Part shown: positions 1 through 12,729 of the stretch, one piece after another
Layout of the letters: each line of letters starts with the position of its first letter
How positions within the stretch are numbered: position 1 is the stretch's first letter
The notes under the pieces: generated by a model
Database searches by the model: none
Told to the model about the DNA's origin: nothing
The model's input: only the letters and a program-made list of their open reading frames with translations
Made by a program: the position numbers and the translations under genes
From: Acidimicrobiia bacterium
Lineage (GTDB): Bacteria > Actinomycetota > Acidimicrobiia > Spongiisociales > Spongiisociaceae
Length of the DNA: 64,000 bases
Reading direction: 5' to 3'
Assembly (NCBI GenBank): GCA_041576165.1
Contig: JBFGLM010000016.1
Coordinates: forward strand, 25,301 to 89,300

Positions 1-1014
1 GTCACCTTCCTGAGAACCGAGACGGTCGGCCAGCCCGTCGCCGACCTCTTCGACTGCCCGGATGGTCCGCCGGTAGTTCATACGTCTCGGCCCAATCACG
101 CCGACTCGTCCTCCTGAGTCATCGCCCACGTCGTAGGTGGTCGTCACGAGCGCGATGTCAACGTCGTCCTGCAGGCCCAGCTCCTGGCCGATGCGGACGA
201 CGGTTCCGATCGGGATGTCCGACAGCATCTCGAGCAGCGCAGCCTCGCGTTCGAGGAGCTCGAGCACCTGATGCACCTTGGATAAGTCCTCCCATAGCGA
301 GGGCATCTGGCTGGTGCCGCCTACGTAGACGTCACGGCGCAGCACCCGGGCCTGGTTGGCTGCTTCGAGAACCGAGTCGACAATCGCCCGGATCCGTTCC
401 GGGATCGGCTCTTCGCCCGCATCAGCATCAACTCGAAGCGTGCGCGGCATCGGACGATCGGTGAGCTGCTGGCGGATGACGCGCTCGGCGGCCTCCACCT
501 CGACCCGCTCCATCGGCTCCGGGAGCCTTGCGACCTCCTGGGTGACACTGCCGGAATCGCCCACCAGGACGATGAGCACCACCTGAGAACTCAATTGCAC
601 CAGATGCACTGCCCGCAAATGTTCCCCGGCCAGTCCCGGGCCCACCACTAGCGACGGGTAGTGGGTGATGTCGCTGAGCAGGCTGGTGGTTGATTTCAGC
701 AACCGGCTCAACTCGTAGTGAACCGATGAAAAAAACTCATGGATGCGCTGGCTGGTCCGGTCGCGCAGGTCCTGGGGTTTGGCCTGGTCCACGTAGTACC
801 GGTAGGCCTTGGTAGTGGGCACGCGACCAGCAGAAGTGTGCGGCTGCTGGACATATCCCTCCGCTTCCAGCGCAGCGAGTTCGGTGCGAACGGTGGCCGG
901 GGACACGCTGAGCCCGCTCGCTTCGAGGATCGCGCGGGAACTCACGGGCTCAGCCGTGCGAATGTGTTCCTCTATGAGCGCAAAGATGATCTCGGACTTC
1001 CGCGCGTCCAACAT
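1..1014 (-). CDS. hrcA: Heat-inducible transcription repressor HrcA (3' end runs off the window)
   Basis: Manual translation from ATG at 1014: MLDARKSEIIFALIEEHIRTAEPVSS...SPATVRTELAALEAEGYVQQPHTSAGRVPTTKAYRYYVD; near the C-terminus GVIGPRRMNY; lies downstream of hemW. Confidence 0.95.
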   Translation of the reverse strand, partial: MLDARKSEIIFALIEEHIRTAEPVSSRAILEASGLSVSPATVRTELAALEAEGYVQQPHTSAGRVPTTKAYRYYVDQAKPQDLRDRTSQRIHEFFSSVHYELSRLLKSTTSLLSDITHYPSLVVGPGLAGEHLRAVHLVQLSSQVVLIVLVGDSGSVTQEVARLPEPMERVEVEAAERVIRQQLTDRPMPRTLRVDADAGEEPIPERIRAIVDSVLEAANQARVLRRDVYVGGTSQMPSLWEDLSKVHQVLELLEREAALLEMLSDIPIGTVVRIGQELGLQDDVDIALVTTTYDVGDDSGGRVGVIGPRRMNYRRTIRAVEEVGDGLADRLGSQEGD

Positions 1015-1026
1015 GATCACCGTATG

Positions 1027-2216
1027 TTAGGGGGCGTGGGGCGGATCTTCGGCCGGCAGACCGACGAGACTGCGCGCTGCCGTATCGGTGCGGAGAGGAT
1101 CCAACACCACGATCCGGCCTCCCAGGCGGGCAACGATTCCAGCCGAGCGCAGCCGGCTGAACTCGTCCGTTTCAGACCACCGCCGCCCTAGACCTCCCGC
1201 TGCGACCCCGGCCCGGCGACGCATTCCCACAACCAGACGCTCCCGCTCCTGGTCGATCGGTCTCAGCTCCTCGCCCGACGCTTCGACCCCGCGGCCGCCC
1301 CGACCGATATAGGCATCGAGACGGCGGATATTCCAGCTCCGCCGGCCCGCCCGGTGGCGATGCGCTCCCAGACCAAAGCCGAGGTACTCGCCCTGGGCCC
1401 ACACGATCAAGTTGTAGGTGCAGGCGTGCCCCGGCCGCGCCCAGTTCGAAACCTCGTATTGCACCAAGCCCGCCCCGGCCAGGACCCGGCAGGCGTAGTC
1501 GTACGCGTCAGCCTGGTGGTCCGGGTCGGGGGCTGCCGCCCCGGCCTGGACCGCCCGGCTGAGCGGCGTCCCCCGTTCGACCGTGAGCGCATAGGCCGAA
1601 ACGTGATCCACGGGTAGGGCCAGCACCCCATCGACAGTGATCTGCCACGCCTTCCGCGGCTCCGCCGGAGCACCGTAGATGAGATCGACGCTGACCGAGC
1701 GGTAACCGCTCGCTCGCGCTCGGGCGACGGCGACAGCGATCTGTTCGGGAGAGTGCCGCCGCCCCAGGTAGGCCAGAGTCGGCTCGCTCAGCGACTGTGC
1801 TCCGAATGACACCCGATCGACGCCCGTGCTCCGAAGCTCATCGGAGCGGCCTGACGTCCAATCCTCTGGGTTGGCCTCGATGCTGATCTCAGCCCCAGGC
1901 GCAATCGAGAACCGGGCGTCCAGGGCATCGAGAATCGTCGCGATGTAGTGGGGCTCGATGTGTGACGGGGTGCCGCCTCCGATGAAGACGGCGTCGAGCG
2001 GGCCCCACTCGTCCTCGGCCGATATCTCGCTCAAGACGGCGGCCACGTAACGCTCGACTAGGTGATCAGCACCCTCGACAACTGCGAAGTCACAGTAGGG
2101 ACACACCCGCGCACAGAAGGGGATGTGAACGTAGGCGGCTCGGCGGCGGGCGAAGGTGTCGACGTAGACCGGATCGTCGGGCCGGAGATCGGGCGGCGGC
2201 GGGGCCGCCGACGAGT

Positions 2217-2220
<4 letters not shown>
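1027..2220 (-). CDS. hemW: Radical SAM heme chaperone HemW (HemN-like)
   Basis: [16 protein letters not shown] (CxxxCxxC), GGGTPS and YEVSNWA motifs; lepA-hemW-hrcA order; start placed at the ATG overlapping the lepA stop. Confidence 0.92.
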
Positions 2221-4025
<1,805 letters not shown>

Positions 4026-4205
4026 CGGGGACTCCGGTAGGGATCTCCCGCATTGTATGCCTGGTCGTGACGCTGCTACGCTGGCATCGGCCGCTCCAGC
4101 AGCGGTCCCCCATTTCCGTTCGCAACCGCCGCCGCTCGTCCGGCAGCCAATCAAGTTCACCGGACCCGCTGCGACCACCAACTCGAGAGAATTTCCAGAG
4201 GAAAC

Positions 4206-4475
4206 ATGGCCAACATCCAGTCTCAGAAGAAACGGAACCGCCAGAACGTCACCCGCCACGAGCGGAACAAAGCCGTCCACTCCGAGGTGAAGACCAGGGC
4301 GCGCAATGCGCTGGCCGCGGCCGACGCGGGCGATGCGGCGGCCGCCGAGGAGGCGCTGCAACTGGCCCAAAAGCGGATCGACAAAGCCGTGACCAAGGGC
4401 GTGCTCAAGAAGAACACGGCAGCCCGGCGGAAATCACGCTTGATGCGCGAAGTCCGGGCGCGTCTCGAGGCATAG
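4206..4475 (+). CDS. rpsT: 30S ribosomal protein S20
   Basis: [14 protein letters not shown]...[16 protein letters not shown]; divergent from lepA. Confidence 0.97.
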   Translation: MANIQSQKKRNRQNVTRHERNKAVHSEVKTRARNALAAADAGDAAAAEEALQLAQKRIDKAVTKGVLKKNTAARRKSRLMREVRARLEA

Positions 4476-4519
4476 GGCCCCGATCAGCGGACTGGGTGCT
4501 GAGGCCGTCTCGCCAACGC

Positions 4520-5515
4520 TCAGCCGTACCAGCGGCACAACGCGACTACCAGGCGCTCCAGGGTCACCCGGTGCACTGCCTCCGGCGCGGTCTTCAACGT
4601 GTTGTCGGCGCGCACGAACGCATCCAAAGCCCGGCGCAGATCTGTGTCCGAGACCGCGCCCCGGGCCCGCCACGCTTTCTTGGTGGGATACGCGTCGGGT
4701 TTGGCGTTGGCCCAGTCGGCAAACGTCTCGATGTCCGGCGCGGCCGCAGCCAGGGCGCGACGACGAACGTCGTTTTCCAGGAACGCGAGCAACACCAGCG
4801 GATGCCCGTAGGTGAGGAAGTCAGCGAGACGCCGCAGCGCCGTCGGCACGTCGCCCTGACTGATCGCGTCGCCAATCCGCCACATGGGCTCATCCGGCCG
4901 ATTCCTGAATATTGCTCGAATGGCGTCGCCCGTGATCGAACCAGCAGACATTGCGAGTTGGTCAAGGGCCTGTCCCAGCGCCGCGACGTCGGCGCCGAAC
5001 CGCTCCAGTAGCGCCGCCGCGGCATCACTGCGGAGCGAGAGTCCGCGGGCCTCGACTTCGGAGCTCAGCCAATCTGTGGCGTCGCGCTCGCGCATCTTGG
5101 CCAGAGTGATCGACTCACCGTGGGACTTGACCGCCTTGGCGAGAGCAGCCGGCAGCGCACCTCCCGACACAAACACGACTTGAACCGCCGCCGGATCGGC
5201 ATGCTGCAACAATTCGGCCACCAGCCCGGCCTCGGCAGCATGGATCAATTGGGCGTCGACGACGAGCAGCCCCTGCTTCACTCCGAACAGCGATCCGGAC
5301 TGGAGGGTGGGGACCACCAGGTCGAGTTCGGGTCGCAGAGCCGCATCGCCGGCCTCAGAGCCGCCCCGGCCCGGGACATCCACCCGGACCACGTCGGCCG
5401 CTGACACCCCAGCCTCCGCCAAAACCTGCTGGGCGCGTTCGAGCATCTGTAGCCGCTCGCCCGGGCCCGGATCGGATGGACCCTTCACATGGACGACGAA
5501 CTTCACAAGTTCCAT
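4520..5515 (-). CDS. holA: DNA polymerase III delta subunit
   Basis: 331 aa with SGSLFG and a clamp-loader-like helical region; conserved comEC...holA / rpsT position. Confidence 0.85.
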   Translation of the reverse strand: MELVKFVVHVKGPSDPGPGERLQMLERAQQVLAEAGVSAADVVRVDVPGRGGSEAGDAALRPELDLVVPTLQSGSLFGVKQGLLVVDAQLIHAAEAGLVAELLQHADPAAVQVVFVSGGALPAALAKAVKSHGESITLAKMRERDATDWLSSEVEARGLSLRSDAAAALLERFGADVAALGQALDQLAMSAGSITGDAIRAIFRNRPDEPMWRIGDAISQGDVPTALRRLADFLTYGHPLVLLAFLENDVRRRALAAAAPDIETFADWANAKPDAYPTKKAWRARGAVSDTDLRRALDAFVRADNTLKTAPEAVHRVTLERLVVALCRWYG

Positions 5516-6213
5516 CCTCCGCCGACATGCAGAAACGCGCCTGTGACGTAGCCGGCTTCGTCGGACAGCAGGAAATCCACGACTGCGCCCACATCCGAGT
5601 CGGTTCCATGTCGACCGGCCGGGATCTTGGCCGGGTCGGGCAGCGGATCAGAGTTGTCCATGACGCCGGGCAGAATGGCGTTCACGGTGATGCCGTGCTC
5701 GGCTTCGGTGACGGCCATCGATCGGGTCAGTATCAGAATTCCGAGCTTGCCGATGGAGTATGGCGTGCTGCGGGGCCGGGCGACGATCTTGTCGGCAGAC
5801 GAATCGGAGAAGTTGATGATCCGGCCCCGACCCGAATCGCGAAGCCGTGGTAGCGCCGCCCGCGACACGTAATAGGTGGCGGATACCGTGCTGGCGATCT
5901 GCTGGTCCCATTCGGCGGGCGTCAGCTCGTCGAGGTTCTTCAACAGGAACCCGCCGACATTGTTGATCACCACATCCAGGCCCTCCAGTTGAGCGGCGGC
6001 GTCGTCCACCAGATGTGCAGCTTGGCCGGCGTCGGTGACATCCCCTGAGACGAGCACACCTCTGCCTCCGGCAGCGCCGATCTGCGCAACGACGTCCGCC
6101 GCAGCCGCGGCGCTGCTCCGGTAGTGCACGGCCACTTCATGGCCCTGGGTGCCCAGCCGCACGGCCAGCCCGGCCCCGATCCCCCGAGCCGAACCGGTGA
6201 TGAGAATCTTCAC
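5503..6213 (-). CDS. SDR family oxidoreductase (possibly pteridine reductase/FolM-like)
   Basis: TGSARGIG, VHYRSS, INNVG, YSIGK; coupled to the folP-like gene. Confidence 0.85.
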   Translation of the reverse strand: MKILITGSARGIGAGLAVRLGTQGHEVAVHYRSSAAAAADVVAQIGAAGGRGVLVSGDVTDAGQAAHLVDDAAAQLEGLDVVINNVGGFLLKNLDELTPAEWDQQIASTVSATYYVSRAALPRLRDSGRGRIINFSDSSADKIVARPRSTPYSIGKLGILILTRSMAVTEAEHGITVNAILPGVMDNSDPLPDPAKIPAGRHGTDSDVGAVVDFLLSDEAGYVTGAFLHVGGGWNL

Positions 6214-7094
6214 ACCGGCACCCTTCCCTCGCCGAGCCTTCCCATCAGACGGGCCACGTCCGCAATCTCCGCTACATCGTGGATCCTCAGCATGTCCGCT
6301 CCGGATTGCAGGGCGAGCGCCGCCAGAGCCACATTGCGGTACAGGTCGGCCTTGCGGGGCACTGCGTAGAGGACCGGTGCGCCCAAGTCGGCCAGCCGAT
6401 CGAGGTGGGCCGCCACCTCGAACTGCACACGGGTGTACGCGATGTAGTCCGTCTGGTAGGAGATAGCGATTCCCGGATCAACTATGACCTTGGAAAGGCC
6501 TGCGGCGGCCAGTTCTGCCAGTCGTGCTTGGAACGCGGCCTGGATACGCCGGCTCTTGCCGAGGCCGGTGTCGTATTCGCCGGCTTCGTTGGGTGTGCCG
6601 GCCTCGAGGTACATCAACACCGCCGGGACGTCGGCGGCGGCCAAGACTTCAACCATGGCCGGATCCTGCAAGCCGCCCGTATCGTTCACCAGTGCCGCGC
6701 CGGCAGTTATGGCCGCATTCGCCACTTCCGCTTTCCACGTATCGACTGAGACGACGTGTCCCGCCGCGACCAGCGCCTCCACAGTGGGCAGCAGCCGGCG
6801 CACCTCCTCGGCCGGCCCGATGTCGGTGTTGGCGTAGTTGGTGGACTGACCGCCCACGTCGATGACCCGCACGCCAAGTTGGGCGTAGCGTCCGGCCATT
6901 TCCACCGCCGCCTCCGCCGATGGGGCGTACACGTCTCGGTTGGCCGACTCGGGCGACCGATTGATGACCCCCATCAAGACGACCTCGGGACCGCCTACCC
7001 CGACGGTGTGTGTCGAACCTTGCAGGCGGATGACGGGCACGGCTCTCCTTTGTGGGTGCTCGTGCCCGATCGTACTTGGCACGGTCGGGACCAC
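6210..7094 (-). CDS. folP: Dihydropteroate synthase-like pterin-binding protein
   Basis: MGVINRSPES, IDVGGQST, SVDTWK, VNDTGG, IVDPGI, LRIHDV; divergent at PRK (usually SRK); start uncertain. Confidence 0.75.
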   Translation of the reverse strand: MVPTVPSTIGHEHPQRRAVPVIRLQGSTHTVGVGGPEVVLMGVINRSPESANRDVYAPSAEAAVEMAGRYAQLGVRVIDVGGQSTNYANTDIGPAEEVRRLLPTVEALVAAGHVVSVDTWKAEVANAAITAGAALVNDTGGLQDPAMVEVLAAADVPAVLMYLEAGTPNEAGEYDTGLGKSRRIQAAFQARLAELAAAGLSKVIVDPGIAISYQTDYIAYTRVQFEVAAHLDRLADLGAPVLYAVPRKADLYRNVALAALALQSGADMLRIHDVAEIADVARLMGRLGEGRVPV

Positions 7095-7098
7095 AGAC

Positions 7099-9234
7099 TC
7101 ATCCGGCGGGGGCGAGTGAGATCACGACGTCTCCGTCCCGATCGGTACGGCGGACATCAGCCCCGGTTGCCGTCAACGCTTCGAGAATCCGGTCGCTCGG
7201 ATGCCCGTACGTGTTGGGACCAACGCTGACGACTGCCACCGACGCCCCGACCCCGGCCAGCCAGGCCGGATCAGAGGTGGCCGCACCTTGGTGGGGCACT
7301 TTGAGAACCTGTGCGTGCGGGACCGCCAGGTCCGCCTGGGCGTAGAGCTCGACGTCGCCGGTGAAAAGCACCGTTGTGCCGTCGAGCGTGACCCGGACGA
7401 CCAGCGATTGGTCGTTGGGTGACGCGTAGCGCCGAATCGGTCCCAGCACCTCCAGTGCGACGCCATCGAGGGTCACCCAGGTGCCGGCCGGGGGCACTTC
7501 TATCCGGGTGCCGGCTCTTTGCGCCGCGGCGACCAACCGGGCTAGACGGCCGGAGTCGTCGGGGGGATCCGAATGCCACAGGGTTGTCACCGGGCGCCTG
7601 CCGACCACGGCCTCCAACCCATCGATATGGTCACGATGTGAATGTGAGACGATCAGCAGATCAACCGTGTCGATCCCCCGTTCCTTGAGTTTTCGGTCGA
7701 GCAAGACCGGGTCGGGACCGCCATCGATCAACACGGTCCGGCCGCCTGTGGTGCGGATGGCGGCCGCGTCACCCTGCCCAACGTCAAAGAAGATCACTGA
7801 TGAAGGCGTCAGGCGATCTCCAGTTGCGGGAATCAGGGCGAGCGTGATCACAACCGCAGCGGGGACGCGCAGGAAGGTGAATCTGATGGCGGCGAGGGCA
7901 GCCGCCAATCCGGCCAGCGCCCAGATTCCGGCCGCGGGCAGCGCGGCCCCGAAATGGGCAATTGCCAGCACCGCCTCGGCCAGGCGTACGGCGGCCGTCG
8001 TCATTGCAGCGATGGGTAGTGCGGTGCCCGCTGCTCCCAGCACCGTCGACGCCGCGACCAGCGGGGCAGCAGCCAGATTCAGCGCCGGCCCCCACTCGGG
8101 TATGTCCCCGAAGCGCAGCAGCAATACGGGCGCCACCGCTAGGTGGGCGGCAACCGCAGTCGACATGGCCGGACCGATCACTCGGGCTTGCCAGAATCCG
8201 GCCCCGGCGATCACTCCGGCGGCAGCCGTGACCGAGAGTTGGAAGCCGGCCTCGGCCGCCAGCTCACCCGATACCAGCACCAAACCGCCCACCGCCACAC
8301 CCAGCGCCGACCACGGCGACACCACAATCCCGCCAGCGCGCCCGCCTAGAACAATTGCCGCCATCGTGCATGCGCGCAGCACGGAAGGCTCCCAGCGAGT
8401 GATGGCGGCAAACAGCACCAGGCCGGTCAGACCGCCCACGGCCCGGCGGCGGCTCCCCAACCCAAGCGGCCCCAGCGCCACCCACAATGCCGCCAGAAAC
8501 AGCGCCACGTTGCTGCCCGATACGGCGGTGAAATGCGACAGTCCGGCGGCCCGCATCGCCGCTCGGTCAATCTCGGGCAGCGCCCGCTCGTCACCTATCA
8601 AGAAGCCGCGGACGAGCGCCGCGCCGCGGCTGTGCTGGTGGGGCAGCAGGGCTCGATCCACCCGGCGGCGGACGGCGTTGGCCGCCACCAACAAATGCGA
8701 CGATGTGCCCGTCAATTCCACCGAGCGGGCCGTCAACCGCCAGCCGTAGGCTGTCCCCCGGGCGATGCCTCCAACCGGACGTGCCGAACCGCGCACGGTC
8801 ACGACCTCGCCGACCGCCAGCGAGCCGGGGACCGCACCCTGGAGCAGCACGGGCGGCCAGCCGCGGGCGCCGCTTTCCGGGTCGAGCGGGTAGGCAACTG
8901 CCCAGACGCCGTATCGACCGGCCTCAGCGTCGGTCTTCAGCTCCAGCGCCAGCGCGACGGGGCCCTCCGGCCCGCCTGCGGCGACCGTGGCGGCCTGCGC
9001 TCTGGCTGCGGCAGTCCCGCTCACCACCCCGGCCATGGTCGCTGCCAGTCCCAAGGCGGCGACCCCCCACGAGACCCGTTCCGACCGGATGGCCAGTGCA
9101 GCCAGCCCGAGCAATCCCAGGAGCAGCGGCAGGGCGCGGCCGACCGGCGCCGCCAGGGCACCGAGCCAAACCAGAGCGGCGAGCCCGACGATCGTGCGGT
9201 CACGTCCCGCGGGCAGGCGAAGGCGTCCGGTCAC
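7099..9234 (-). CDS. comEC: DNA uptake channel ComEC/Rec2
   Basis: GLSHFTAVSGSNV, PSVLRA, GFQLS, plus metallo-beta-lactamase motifs DVGQGDA and SHSHRDHIDG, NTYGHP. Confidence 0.96.
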   Translation of the reverse strand: MTGRLRLPAGRDRTIVGLAALVWLGALAAPVGRALPLLLGLLGLAALAIRSERVSWGVAALGLAATMAGVVSGTAAARAQAATVAAGGPEGPVALALELKTDAEAGRYGVWAVAYPLDPESGARGWPPVLLQGAVPGSLAVGEVVTVRGSARPVGGIARGTAYGWRLTARSVELTGTSSHLLVAANAVRRRVDRALLPHQHSRGAALVRGFLIGDERALPEIDRAAMRAAGLSHFTAVSGSNVALFLAALWVALGPLGLGSRRRAVGGLTGLVLFAAITRWEPSVLRACTMAAIVLGGRAGGIVVSPWSALGVAVGGLVLVSGELAAEAGFQLSVTAAAGVIAGAGFWQARVIGPAMSTAVAAHLAVAPVLLLRFGDIPEWGPALNLAAAPLVAASTVLGAAGTALPIAAMTTAAVRLAEAVLAIAHFGAALPAAGIWALAGLAAALAAIRFTFLRVPAAVVITLALIPATGDRLTPSSVIFFDVGQGDAAAIRTTGGRTVLIDGGPDPVLLDRKLKERGIDTVDLLIVSHSHRDHIDGLEAVVGRRPVTTLWHSDPPDDSGRLARLVAAAQRAGTRIEVPPAGTWVTLDGVALEVLGPIRRYASPNDQSLVVRVTLDGTTVLFTGDVELYAQADLAVPHAQVLKVPHQGAATSDPAWLAGVGASVAVVSVGPNTYGHPSDRILEALTATGADVRRTDRDGDVVISLAPAG

Positions 9235-9818
9235 GGGATGACGATCTGGTCGCGCAGCTCGGCCAGCCTCCCTTCTCCGATGCCGGGAACGTCGAGCAGG
9301 TCCTCCACCACCAGAAAGGGTCCGTGGGCATTGCGATAGTCCAGGATCCGCCCGGCCAGCACCGGCCCCACCCCTGGCAGCCGTTGGAGATCCTCCACTG
9401 TGGCCTGATTGACAGCAACCTTGTCCTCCGACGCGCCGCCGCCCACCGCCGCTCGAGGGGACTGCTCACCGGTACGCGGTATATGCACCTGGATGCCGTC
9501 CATGAGTCCGGCGGCCAGATTGACAGATCTCGTATCGGCCACCGGCGCGAAGCCGCCGGCGGCCGCAACCGCATCCGCAACCCGCGAGGTGGCCGCCAAC
9601 CTGACCAGACCCGGATCCGCAACCGCTCCCGAGACGTGCACAACAATGGTGGCCGCGGTGGATGGGATGGTTGCGAGGGGCGCCAATTGGGCGTCGGTGT
9701 CGACCCCGCCCGGCGGGGCCGCCGCAACGGGCACCGGTGTTGCACTTGACCGCAGCCACACCATCACGACCGTTACGACGAGCGCCACCCAGATCAGTTG
9801 CCACGTGCGGGCGCTCAT
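9231..9818 (-). CDS. comEA: Competence DNA-binding protein ComEA
   Basis: N-terminal TM, SLBB VHVSGAVADPG, HhH motifs LPGVGP and VPGIG. Confidence 0.95.
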   Translation of the reverse strand: MSARTWQLIWVALVVTVVMVWLRSSATPVPVAAAPPGGVDTDAQLAPLATIPSTAATIVVHVSGAVADPGLVRLAATSRVADAVAAAGGFAPVADTRSVNLAAGLMDGIQVHIPRTGEQSPRAAVGGGASEDKVAVNQATVEDLQRLPGVGPVLAGRILDYRNAHGPFLVVEDLLDVPGIGEGRLAELRDQIVIP

Positions 9819-9987
9819 CGCCGGCTCCTTGCGCTGGGTACAGCCGGCAGCAATCCAGCGGTGCTACCGGAGCGTGCGCGGGGGAAGTCGACGACCAGGC
9901 GACGCCGGGTCGTGCTCTGCGGTTCTTGTAGCAAACACGGCTCCCGGAGTGAATACCCTTGCCAGATCAGCAGCAGAAGGGAGCCGT

Positions 9988-10792
9988 CATGGATCAGTAC
10001 CGTGTGGTGCCCGGGACGACCGTGGATCTATCCCAGCATGACCCTCGGGACCTCGGCGGGTTCACAGGCGGGAAATCGGCCGGCAAGGCCGCCGCCCGGG
10101 AAGGCAATGCGGAGCTCGAGTTACTCCAGGAACTGCTGTACGCCCAAGGCAAACACAAGATGCTCATCGTGCTCCAGGCGATGGACACCGGCGGCAAGGA
10201 CGGCACGATCCGTCACGTCTTCGACGGGACCAACCCCCAGGGCGTAAAGGTCGCATCGTTCAAGAAGCCCACGCCTGAGGAGCTCGCCCACGACTATCTC
10301 TGGCGGATCCACCAACACACTCCCGCCAACGGCGAGATCACCATCTTCAACCGCAGCCATTACGAGGACGTCCTGGTGGTGCGAGTGCACAACCTGGTTC
10401 CGCCCAACGTGTGGCAGCGACGCTACGACCACATCAATGCCTTCGAAAAGCTGCTCGCCGACGAGGGAACCACGATCGTCAAGTTCTTCCTCCATATCTC
10501 GAAGGAGGAACAACGGGAGCGCCTCCAGGCGAGGGTCGACACCCCAGAGAAGAACTGGAAGTTTGCCTTCGGCGACCTGGACGAGAGAAAGCGGTGGGAC
10601 GATTACATCTCGGCGTACGAGGCTGCGCTGAGCCGAACCAGCAGCGAGTGGGCGCCGTGGTACGTGGTGCCGGCAGACCGGAAGTGGTATCGCAACCTCG
10701 TCATCACGCGGGTGCTCACCGACACGTTGAAAGGCCTGAACATGTCGTATCCGGAGCCGACGACGGATCTCACGGGGGTCATTGTCGAGTGA
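9988..10792 (+). CDS. ppk2: Polyphosphate kinase 2 family protein (class III-like)
   Basis: [33 protein letters not shown]. Confidence 0.93.
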
Positions 10793-11550
10793 GCCTTATT
10801 GAAGCCATCGAATGGTCCGGCAACCGAACCTGGCCGGCGCTGGAAGGCGACATCTATGACGGGTGGCTTTTGCGCGCCTCCGGCGGGGTGACCCGCCGCG
10901 CCAACTCGGTCACGGTCTATCGGCCGTCGCGGATTCCGCTTTCCGAGAAGGTCGACCACTGCGAACGCTGGTATCACGCCCGCCGCCTACCCACCATCTT
11001 TCGTACCACGCCGCTCACGGACGCGGCCGTACACGCCGAGTTGGACCAACGGGGCTATACCAACGTGGATGGGGCGATCGTCATGATCCGCCCGCTCACT
11101 GCCCGCATCGACCGCGAGCCGGTCGAGGTCGATCCGATGCCATCCGACGCATGGTGGGAGTTGTTCGAGGCTGATCGCGAGCTGCCGGTGGATCGAGTCA
11201 CGCTGATGTGTATGTGGGAAACCCAACACGTCGAGAAAGGCTTCCTCGTCCGTCGCAACGGCACCGAAGCGGTGGCGATCGGCTCGGCTGCCGTGGACGG
11301 TCCGTTCACCGGCATTTTCAACATGCGCACCGCCTCCCACCTCCGTAGGAACGGGCACGGAAGCGCCGTACTGGAGGACCTGCTGCGGTGGGCGCAGGCC
11401 CGCCGGTCGACGCATGCTTACCTCCAGGTGATGCCCCACAATCACGCGGCGCGGGCGCTCTACGGGAGTATGGGTTTCGAACCGTTGTACGAGTACCGCT
11501 ACCGGGTGAAGCCGTCCCCGCAGCTACGCTCGATACATGACACTCTTTGA
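10789..11550 (+). CDS. GNAT family N-acetyltransferase
   Basis: [28 protein letters not shown]...[10 protein letters not shown]; GTG overlaps the ppk2 stop. Confidence 0.88.
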   Translation: MSLIEAIEWSGNRTWPALEGDIYDGWLLRASGGVTRRANSVTVYRPSRIPLSEKVDHCERWYHARRLPTIFRTTPLTDAAVHAELDQRGYTNVDGAIVMIRPLTARIDREPVEVDPMPSDAWWELFEADRELPVDRVTLMCMWETQHVEKGFLVRRNGTEAVAIGSAAVDGPFTGIFNMRTASHLRRNGHGSAVLEDLLRWAQARRSTHAYLQVMPHNHAARALYGSMGFEPLYEYRYRVKPSPQLRSIHDTL

Positions 11551-12298
11551 CCTCACGGGTCACGTCAGCGTCGTGACCGGCGGAAACGGCGGCATCGGGC
11601 TCGGTCTGGCGACCGGGCTCGCCAAATCGGGGGCCTCGCTCGCTATCTGGGCTCGGAATGAAGAGAAGAACCAGGCCGCCACCGCCACCCTGGAAGCGCT
11701 CGGAGCCGAGGTCATTGCGCTTGGTTGTGATGTCACCGACCCCGGCGATGTCGAGACATCGATGGCGGAGACCCTGGAACGGTTCGGACGGGTCGATTCC
11801 ATGTTCGTCAACGCAGGTACGTCCGGAGCAGACAAGTTCGTCGATTTCGAACTCGAGGAGTTCGAGCGGGTGATGACCGTCAACGTGACCGGTGCGTTCC
11901 TGTGCATGCAGGCTGCGGTTCGCCACATGCTGGACCGAGGCGGGGGCGGCTCCATCGTGGCGGTGGCGTCGGTGGCGGCCACGAAGGGAAACCGATTCAG
12001 CCCTCACTACTCGGCCTCAAAAGGCGGGATCCGCCAGCTCGCCCGGGCGCTCTCAACCGAGGTGGGCCGCGAGGGCATCAACGTCAACATCATCTCGCCC
12101 GGCTTCGTTCGCAGCGAGATGACCGCTCCGTTGGCCGGTGTGCCCGGCTTTGAGGAGGCGATCCGGACCCGGGTCCCGCTAGCGAGATGGGGTGAACCGG
12201 AAGACTACGAGCGTGCCGCCGTGTTTCTGGCGGCTGAAGCCGGGGGGTTCATGTCGGGCACCGAGATCATCATCGACGGCGGCCTCCACGTCTTCTGA
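11537..12298 (+). CDS. SDR family NAD(P)-dependent oxidoreductase
   Basis: TGGNGGIG, VNAG, YSASK. Confidence 0.92.
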   Translation: MTLFDLTGHVSVVTGGNGGIGLGLATGLAKSGASLAIWARNEEKNQAATATLEALGAEVIALGCDVTDPGDVETSMAETLERFGRVDSMFVNAGTSGADKFVDFELEEFERVMTVNVTGAFLCMQAAVRHMLDRGGGGSIVAVASVAATKGNRFSPHYSASKGGIRQLARALSTEVGREGINVNIISPGFVRSEMTAPLAGVPGFEEAIRTRVPLARWGEPEDYERAAVFLAAEAGGFMSGTEIIIDGGLHVF

Positions 12299-12302
12299 GC
12301 CA

Positions 12303-12686
12303 TCACGGCGATAGCCCCTCCGCGATGGCCCGCGCCTCGCGTTCAAGGGAAATCGCCGTATAGGCGGCCTGGTGGGATTTGCGGCGCAACCGGCCGCCTG
12401 CGTACTCCCCCAGGTATCTGAGGGAGAAGTGGAGCCAACCCAGGCGCCGCCATTGCTGGACGTGCACCAGTTCGTGCACGATCAGGCCGGCTCCCAAGCG
12501 GAGGGACGCGGCCGGCATGTAGATCCCCCAGGGCATCGTGATGGCCAGCGCCCGTCCCTCCCACAACGGGTCCAGCCAGCCTGGGGTGACATACACCGGG
12601 GTGTGCAGCGACCCGTCCGGCACGAGCTGGGTGACCCGATCGAGCGCGGCGCCCTTCTCGATCAGCAGTTGGGCCGGCGATCGCAT
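12303..12686 (-). CDS. Small HEXXH protein (DUF4157-like zinc metallopeptidase)
   Basis: AITMPWGIY...LIVHELVHVQQW...AYTAISLEREAR. Confidence 0.7.
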   Translation of the reverse strand: MRSPAQLLIEKGAALDRVTQLVPDGSLHTPVYVTPGWLDPLWEGRALAITMPWGIYMPAASLRLGAGLIVHELVHVQQWRRLGWLHFSLRYLGEYAGGRLRRKSHQAAYTAISLEREARAIAEGLSP

Positions 12687-12729
12687 GGTCCCGAGGACGA
12701 TAGGTGCCGGGCGGCGCCGCCTGCGGCCT

